Part shown: positions 55,755 to 64,000 of the stretch, piece by piece | How the letters are laid out: every line of letters begins with the position of its first letter | How positions within the stretch are numbered: position 1 is the first letter of the stretch | Source: the human T2T-CHM13v2.0 reference genome, Homo sapiens | NCBI RefSeq assembly: GCF_009914755.1 | Contig: NC_060940.1 | Reading direction: 5' to 3' (one strand) | DNA: 64,000 nucleotides | Notes under the pieces: model-generated | Told to the model about the DNA's origin: nothing | The model's database searches: none | The model's input: the letters and a program-made list of their open reading frames with translations, nothing else | Translations under genes and position numbers: made by a program

Positions 55755-56669
55755 CTAAATTCAGCTGTTTCCTATCCCTATTTAGAGCTGTAGTTATTTT
55801 CCCCCCGTTCATAACCCACTTGTAATTTTCTTTCATCCAGGCTTCACTGGGGCTTCACTGGAGCTTATTTATGAATCCCGCCGCTGATGGTTTGCTCTGG
55901 CTTGTGCCAGGAGGCAGCAGGCGCCTTGTGAGTGATGATGATCCAGCTCTCTTCTGCTTACCAGCTCTTCTAGGGCATCTGATTTTTCTTTTTGTCTTTT
56001 TTAGGTTCAGGGGTGCACGTGCGGGTTTGTTACATAAGGAAACTAGTGTCACGGGGGGTTGCTTGCACAGATTATTTTGTCACCCAGATACTAAGCCTAC
56101 TACTCATTCATTATATTTTCTGTTTCTCTTTCTCCTTCCACCTTCCACCTCAGGTAGTCCCTAGTGTGTGTTGGTGTGTTGTTCCCCTCTTTGTGTCCAG
56201 GTGTTTTCATCATTTGGCTCCCACTTATAAGTGAGAACCTGCAGTGTTTGGATTTTTGTTCCTGTGTTAGTTTGCTAAGGATAATGGTCTCCAGATCCAT
56301 CCTGCAAAGGACATGATCTCATTCTTTTTACGGCTGCATAGTATTCCGTGGTGTATATTCCATGGTGTATATTCCATGGTGTATGTACCACTTTTCTTTA
56401 TCTAGTCTACCATTGACGGGCATTTAGGTTGATTTCATGTCTTTGCTATTGTGAATGGTGCTACAATGAACATACATGTGCATGTGTCTTTATGACAGAA
56501 TGATTTATGTTCCTTTGGGTATATACCCAGTACTGAGATTGCTAGGTCAGATGGTAGTTCTGCTTTCAGCTCTTTGAGGAACTGCCACAGCGTTTTCCAC
56601 AATGGCTGAACAAATTTACATTCCGACCAACAGTAAATAGGTGTTCCCTTTTCTCCATGACCTCTCTAG

Positions 56670-57011
<342 letters not shown>

Positions 57012-57119
57012 TAGTGTGAGATGGTATCTCCTTGTGGATTGGATTTACGTTTCTCTAATGATCAACGGTACTGAGCTTTTTTTCATATGCTTGTCGGCCG
57101 TGTGTATGTCTTCTTTTGA

Positions 57120-57554
<435 letters not shown>

Positions 57555-58244
57555 CTTTTTTTCTTATAAATCAATTGAAGTTTCTTATGGACGCTGGATA
57601 TTAGACCTTTGTCAGAGGCATAGTTTTCAAAACAGCATGGTACTGGTAGAGAAACAGACACATAGACCAGCAGAACAGAGTAGAGAGCCTAAAAACAAGT
57701 CTGCACACTTACAGCCATCTAATCTTTGACCAAGTTGACAAAAACAAGTAATGGGGAAAGAACTCCCTATTCAATAAATGGTGCTGGGATAACTGGCTAG
57801 CCATATGCAAAAGATTGAAACTAGACTTCTTCCTTACACTGTATACGAAAACCAACTCAGAATGTATTAAAGACTTAAATGTAAACCCAAAACTATAAAA
57901 TCCCTGGAAGACAATCTGGCAATACCATTTTGGACATAGGATCTAGCAAAGATTTCATGACGAAGATGCCAAAACCAGTTGCAACAAATGCAAAAATCAA
58001 CCAATGGGATCTAATTAAACCAAAGAGCTTCTGCACAGCAAAAGAATCTATCAGCAGACTAAACAGACAACCTGTAGAATGGGAGAAAATATTTGCACCT
58101 GGCTTTTCTGCGTCCTTCTTTGGCTGCCCCTTAGTCTAAATCCTGGCTCTGATTTCCATACATCTTGGTTAAAGCAAAGTGAGAAGAGATAATGAAGGCT
58201 TTCTACTTATGCTGGTAGCCTGAGTTCTCCACGACAGTCTCCTT

Positions 58245-58347
58245 CTCTTTTTTTTCTTTAATTTAAGGCTCATGGGTACATGTGCAGAAAACAAATACTG
58301 CATGTTCTCACATATAAGTGGAAGCTAAACAATGAGAATACATGGAA
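58245..58347 (-). mobile_element. About 100-bp twin-primed mini-L1PA
   Basis: Poly-T plus antisense L1 terminus (gggtacatgtgcag) fused to sense gaaaacaaatactgcatgttctcacatataagtgg; flanking AGTCTCCT repeats. Confidence 0.75.
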
Positions 58348-58757
58348 AGTCTCCTCTTATTCAGGAGAAATTGACTTGGGAAACTTTTACCACAATATGT
58401 CAATGAATTCAATTCTCAGTTCACCCACACTGGCCCCTCTGTCATTGTATCAAATAGCTTTGCTAAGAGTGAGCATTTTCAGCATCTTTATAGCCTTCTT
58501 TGGCCCTTTCCTACCAATTGGGGCTTTTACAAAGGAGTCAAGTCCTCCACCTTCTTGGTGGGAAATATATTGAACCACAAATTGAACAAAACAGAATAGG
58601 TTTAAAACAGCTGCTCTTCTAATGTTCAGCTCATCAAACTTGCACCAGGCTACTGGTGATCTTAACACTACTGGGAGAGAGATTGCTTTGTGGGAGATCA
58701 TCCCACCCAGCGGAGGTGATGAGTATGAATCCCTCCATTGGCCTTCAGGATGGCCAG

Positions 58758-58925
58758 CAGGGCCAGTTTTATGAATGTGCCACCTATATATGTGTGACCT
58801 ATATAGTCACACAGCGTTTGGTTTAATGCTCTGCTGTTGCTATCCTGAATTTCTTAATAATTTATGAATAAGAAGCCCCACAGTTTCATTTTGCACTGGG
58901 GCCCACAAATCAAGTAGTTGCTCCT
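58758..58925 (+). mobile_element. MER45A hAT-Tip100 MITE
   Basis: cagggccagttttatg...ttggtttaatgctctgctg...ttcattttgcactggggcccacaaat. Confidence 0.8.
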
Positions 58926-59109
58926 CGTAGCCATCATGGGTCTGGGACACTGAAGTCCCTGGAGTGGTCATTTTCTGCAGCAAGCTACCTCCTCAGTTAC
59001 CTGGTACATCATGGATGCTTTCTTTGTTGGTTTTCCTTTTCAATAGACACTATGGTCAGAAGACTTCAGGAACTAACACTAGAAATTATGCATAGAGGTT
59101 TGAGAAGCC

Positions 59110-59308
59110 ATTTCCCCCTTACCTCCCGCTTGGAGATATTTGGCAATACTTGGAGACATTTTTGGTTGTCACAACTGGAGGTGCTACTGGCATCCAGTGG
59201 GTTGAGGGCAGGAATGCTGCTAAACATCCTACGATACTCAGGACAGCCCCTAACACAGAGAATTATCTGGCCCCAAAGGCCAATAGTGCTAAGGTTGGGA
59301 AGCCATAA
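59110..59308 (+). mobile_element. MER20
   Basis: tttggcaatacttggagacatttttggttgtcacaactgg...gctgctaaacatcctac...gaattatctggcccc. Confidence 0.85.
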
Positions 59309-59311
59309 GCT

Positions 59312-59483
59312 AGAGGTATTCAAAGGTGATCCTTATACCTGCAGCCTCAGAGACACCTACAACCTTTTTGGAAATGCAGAATCCCAGGCTGCAGTCAGGC
59401 CTCCTTGAATCATAATTGGCATTTTGACAAGATTAACACAATCCCCAGGTGTCTCATGCACATTAAAGTTTGAGAAGCCCTGT
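59312..59483. mobile_element. MER5A
   Basis: gaaatgcagaatcccagg...cattttgacaagat...tgcacattaaagtttgagaagccctg. Confidence 0.75.
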
Positions 59484-59939
59484 GCTAGAACAAAACTTAC
59501 TTTGCTTGTGCTTGAGTGTCTGCAACGTTGCTGATGGGCCTGCCCTGGAATGGGAAAGGCCAAGTTTGGAACAAACAGGACATATGGTGTGAGGAAGGAA
59601 AGCCCAAAAAGTGATTATGGAATTATGGCAAGAGAGGAAAGGTACAGCAGCAAACTAGCTGAGTACAGAGCAACAGGTCTGGAAGACAAGGCAGGAGAGG
59701 ACATAAGTGGCCAGTCCTGGGAGGAGCCAGGGGCACGGAAGACAGGACGGACTGTGATGTGAGGGATGGGATGGGGCTAGTGGTTCTAAGGAGAGCTTGA
59801 ATCCCCATTGCATGTAGCTTGTTTTATGGAAATGGGTAGCGAAGCTTATAAAGGAAACACACTGGTGAATACAGGTATTGAAAACCATCAGAAACCACTC
59901 AGCGTCTGGACTGTGATGTGGGTGTTATAAGAGTCTGCC

Positions 59940-60332
59940 TGTGTTCGTTTGCTAGGGCTACCATAACAAAGTACTGGGTGGCTTAAACAACAGAAATTTA
60001 TGTTCTCATGGTTCTGGAGGCCAGGAGTCCAAGATCAAAGTGTTGGTAGGGTTGATTTCTTCTTAGGCCTCTGTCTTTAGCCTGCAGATAGCTGGCCACT
60101 GCTCCTCATGTCATCGTGTGGTCTTCCTCTGTAGATGTCTGTGTCCAAATTTCCTCTTCTTATAAGGAGAGGCAGCAGTCATACTACAGTCATACTAAAT
60201 TTGGACTTGCACATATGACTTAATTTTTTGTTGATTACCTCTCTCCTGCCCCTATTTCCAAATGCAGCCACACTCTGAGGTACTGGTGGTGAGGACATCA
60301 GCATGTGAATTTTGGGGAAACAGAATTCATTC
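59940..60332 (-). mobile_element. MLT1A/B MaLR solo LTR
   Basis: gctagggctaccataacaaagtac...ggcttaaacaacagaaattta...gaattttggggaaacagaattca. Confidence 0.8.
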
Positions 60333-61539
60333 CTCTGTTTTCTGCCCCCAGGCACCCGTCAACATCCAGATCTTCCATTCCTCTTTACTGGGCTCCCCTC
60401 AGCACCAATCCTGGCCCTTTTCCCTGTGACCTTCCCCATTGAGACATGAGGTTCACTAGCTCGTGGGGAGCCCAGCATCCTATTAAATATTAAACACATA
60501 GGCTCTGGGCTCTTGAAAGACAAAGCTGGGTTGTGAGCCAAGTCCTGCTCTTCCCTCCAGAAAGCACTTTCTTCCCTCTCTGGGTACACCACACGGAAGG
60601 CCCCCAGGTTAACCAGGGCAATTATTAGTAAACGGTTAGAGCACGGTTGTCTAAATGTTTTGATGGATAGGTTGAAGAAGTATGAATGCAAATGAATTTT
60701 TAAAACACACTGCAGCTATTGTTGGGTATAATGGAATGTCATTAAGCACATTAGCTGCTGATTTTATAATCAAGTGCTAACATTTTCTGGAAGGTAACCT
60801 AAGTAACAGGAGATATTGGCCATTTGCAAAACATGTTTAAACAAAAAAGATTCAGAGACAAGAAGTGCCTCTCATCTTAATTATTTTTTTGCATCATAAA
60901 AACCTCACAAACAATGCTTCTGCAAACGCATAATGGATGTGGAGCAGCTGTAGAAAACATCTCACTTCTTTTGTTGGGAAACGATGTTTTACATTTGGGA
61001 AAAAAAAATTCTGTCCAGCTGATTCTCTTCCAAGGAGAGGGCGAGTCTGAGAGAGAAATCTCTGCTGTCTGAGGAATATCTATCTGTGTCCATCAAACAT
61101 TGGTAAAACTGTCGTGGGAATCGCTGAAATTGTGCTTGTTTTGCTGTAGATGTTGCTTCTTCAAGGTCATGTCTGGGTAGCAGCTGAGTCTTCAGGGGAG
61201 GGTGACTTAAGCATCACACCCTGCCATTGATTTCTAAGGAGCATCCTTCCTTATGGGTAGAGAGAGAACTTCTTTTTGTTCTGTTCTCTTTTCCTGAGCC
61301 TCTCACAGGCCGCCAGCATCAGCCCAGACTTGTTTTTCTAGATGCCTAAAATAATATGGCTGACCAGTCCGAACAGTGGGGGCAGAACTACCACAACAAC
61401 TAAGCCAACCACCCTCAGGCAAGTGGCACATCCTGCCTTTTGAAGGTCTTAGATGTGAACCTGTGGCCAGGGAACTCTGTCCAGTGGGCCAGCAGTCAGC
61501 AACCTAGCCGTGGGACACAGTGGCAAATGAACTCTGGTG

Positions 61540-61881
61540 TATTGTTCCCCAATTGCACCAGAGTTCATTTGCCTGCCTTGGTTGACACTGACAAGTGGCC
61601 CTGGATGAACTGAAAAAAAGTGATTAACCAGCAAGCATATCTGAGCAAGAGACATGGGCCATGAGCGGAAGCTCTTTGGTTATTTGCCTTGAGGTGAAAG
61701 GGTTTTCAGCCTTCTTGGTTCGCAAATTCAATGTTTTTCTTTCATGGAGGGAGTATCAACCATGGGGAGGATTGATAAGTGTTTTGTTCACTTGCTCAAT
61801 GTCTATTTATCCCTCACAATTTTGCCTAGCTTTTCCCTTCTTTATTAAGTCTTACTTTAAACAGTTATAATTAACCAAACC
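61540..61881 (+). repeat. Local duplication B, copy 1 (paired with 62729-63070)
   Basis: gagttcatttgcctgccttggttg...ttgataagtgttttgttcacttgct...aattttgcctagcttttcccttct. Confidence 0.95.
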
Positions 61882-61931
61882 ATACTTCTCTGTGTTGGCC
61901 CCTTCACAGGACAATCTGTCTGTCTTTACCC

Positions 61932-62392
61932 TGTATCAGGTGGCTATTGCTGTATAGCAAACCACTCCCAAATTTAGTGGCTTAAGCAACAACTGTTTAC
62001 CATTTCTCATGAGTAACTGACAACCGGATAGTTCCGTTGATCTGGTTGAGGCTCCGATGATCTGGGCTGGGTACATTAATATATCTGTGGTCAGTTAGCA
62101 GAACTGCTTGGGGCAGTTGTTTAAGGATGGATGATCTTTATTGGGACACATTAGCTTTCCCTCATGTATTTCTTACCTCCTCCTATAGGCAAACCTGGGC
62201 ATGGTCTCACAGCTGTGGCACCAGGTCCAAGAGAGAAACAGATTGCTCAGGTACTTTATCGAATCTCTGATCCAGTTGGCCAAGGCACGCCACAAGAATC
62301 AGTGTGAGGACACTACCAAAAAATCAGGAAGGCATGGAAAAGTAGGATCTTTAATGTAATCAATATAGACACAATCCCCCATTCTGTAGACT
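61932..62392 (-). mobile_element. MLT1 (H/I/J-like) solo LTR
   Basis: tgtatcag...ctattgctgtatagcaaaccactcccaaatttagtggcttaagcaacaac. Confidence 0.7.
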
Positions 62393-62728
62393 GTCCCGTT
62401 ACCATATTCAGTTACCTTGTCTAACTTCGAACTGAAGTCCAGCTGGCTGAGCTTGCCCTCCCTTTCCAGGAGGAATGAGATCTTAACTCCCGTGACCCTC
62501 ACCCTGGGCAGAGAACTAGCATGAAGAGGGTCACTAGACCATAGGCACCTCAGGGGAATGGCCAAAATTGCACTCTGGATATGTGGCACATTATAGGGAC
62601 TTAAACAGTATGTGATTCAGTGGAAAATGACAGATTCTGCATTCCCAAGATGCAGCCTAGCTAAACTCCATTTTACCATTTCTCAAAATCTCCCACCAGA
62701 AAGGCCCTGGCGCCTCACTCAGTATGGA

Positions 62729-63070
62729 TATTTTTCCCCAATTACACTTGAGTTCATTTGCCTGCCTTGGTTGGCACTGGCATGCAGCCCTGGGTGAACT
62801 GAAAAAAAACAGTTATTAACCAATGAACATCTGAGCAAGAGATGTGGCCCAAGAGAAGAAGCCCTTTGGTTCCTTTCCTTGAGGTAAAAGAGTTTTCAGG
62901 CTTCTTGGTCCACAAATTCAATGTTCTCCTTTCACCGAGGGAGTATCAACCCTGGGAGGGTTGATAAGTGTTTTGTTCACTTGCTGGATGTCTATTTATC
63001 CCTCAAAATTTTGCCTAGCTTTTCCCTTCTCTATTAAATCTTACTCTAAACAATTATAGTTAGCTAAACC
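62729..63070 (+). repeat. Local duplication B, copy 2
   Basis: Collinear with 61540-61881. Confidence 0.95.
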
Positions 63071-63109
63071 CCTTGTATATAACCCACTGCACCTATAAAA
63101 TTCTATTAT

Positions 63110-63720
63110 TCTTTCATTTTTTTTTTCACTACATGTGTACTGAAGGCTTCCTGTGCACCAGGCACTGTTGAGGGGCTGTATGAAGAGCAGTGAACAAAAG
63201 CAAAGTCCCTGCTGTCACGGAGCTTACACATGGAAGAAAGAACTTAATAATAAATAAAGAATCAAACAAATAAATACTATATGAGCTGCAAAGAAGAAAA
63301 ATAAGATTAGGTGAGGACAATGATGGGGTATGTGTTTGTGTGGTGTGTATGTTCATATATGGGGTATTTGTGGGGTATGTGTGCACATGCGTGTGTATAT
63401 GTATGTGAGTGTGTGTGTGTTTGTGCATGTATGGTTGGGGATTCTATATTAGACAGTTGGTCAGGGAAGCCCTTTCCATAAGTTGCATTTAAGCAGAGAC
63501 CTGGATTACATGAGGAAGTGTGAGTATTTTGGGAGAGCTTCCTAGCTACAGCAGATAGAGCAGGACTGACATGTTTGAGGCATGGTGAGAAAACCAGTTG
63601 GAGTTTGACTGGATAAGGGAGCGAGTCCAGGGCATGCAATTTGAGAGGTAGAAGGTCTCTGATTATGTTGGGTCTTATAGGCCAAGAAAACAACTTAATT
63701 TTGTCCTAAGTGAGATAGGA
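63110..63720 (-). mobile_element. L2 remnant with internal (TG)n-like repeat
   Basis: ccaggcactgttgaggggctg...tggtcagggaagccc...catttaagcagagacctg. Confidence 0.7.
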
Positions 63721-63722
63721 AA

Positions 63723-64000
63723 TGTGATAGATGAAATAATGGTCCCCATTTAGGTCCCCATATCCTAATCCCCAAAACCTGTGAATATGTTATACGGCAA
63801 AAGGGACTTTGAAGATGTGATTGAGTTAAGGATCTTGAAACGTCCTTAGGCATAGGGTGATCCCTATGTCGTGGGAAATTTCCTTATAAGGGAGAGGTGG
63901 GAGAGTCAGAGTGAGGGAGAAGATAGGACAACAGAAGCGGAGGTTGGAGTGATATGGGGCCATGAGCCAAAGAATGCAGGCAGCCTCCAGAAGGTGGGAA
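63723..64000 (+). mobile_element. MLT1C/D LTR, truncated by the window end
   Basis: cctaatccccaaaacctgtgaatatgtta...ggcaaaagggactttgaagatgtgattgagttaaggatcttga. Confidence 0.8.

Noticed and set aside
56340-56386. Three copies of TATTCCATGGTGTA resembling a mini array
   Set aside because: Simple slippage within L1 with no spacers; not CRISPR-like
59749-59920. 13-bp direct repeat GGACTGTGATGTG flanking about 145 bp
   Set aside because: No poly(A) or recognisable insert; may be chance or a small local duplication

Overview
Primate (very probably human) intergenic or intronic DNA, dominated by transposable elements. I found no recognisable protein-coding exon, RNA gene or CRISPR array; the ORF track is essentially repeat-derived or chance ORFs. 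Elements recognised by eye: about ten Alus; old L1 fragments, including three 5'-inverted (twin-primed) insertions; many L2/MIR/L3 remnants; hAT MITEs (MER63, MER20, MER5A, MER58A, MER3, MER33, MER45A); ERVL/MaLR LTRs (LTR33, LTR16, MLT1, MLT2A); and a full-length THE1C nested head-to-head inside the 5' LTR of a full-length THE1D. The most unusual structure that repeat annotation does not explain is a set of five short-range, non-tandem templated duplications (about 55-340 bp, copies 0.7-1.7 kb apart). Four interrupt an older repeat and copy a downstream template, and one is wrapped in a 36-bp inverted repeat plus a 17-bp direct repeat. Also notable are a perfect palindromic 4-unit heat-shock element, a palindromic double TCF/LEF site, DUX4 motifs in LTRs and a ~100-bp twin-primed mini-L1. 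Subfamily names come from remembered consensus sequences, not from a RepeatMasker run, and most boundaries are approximate.
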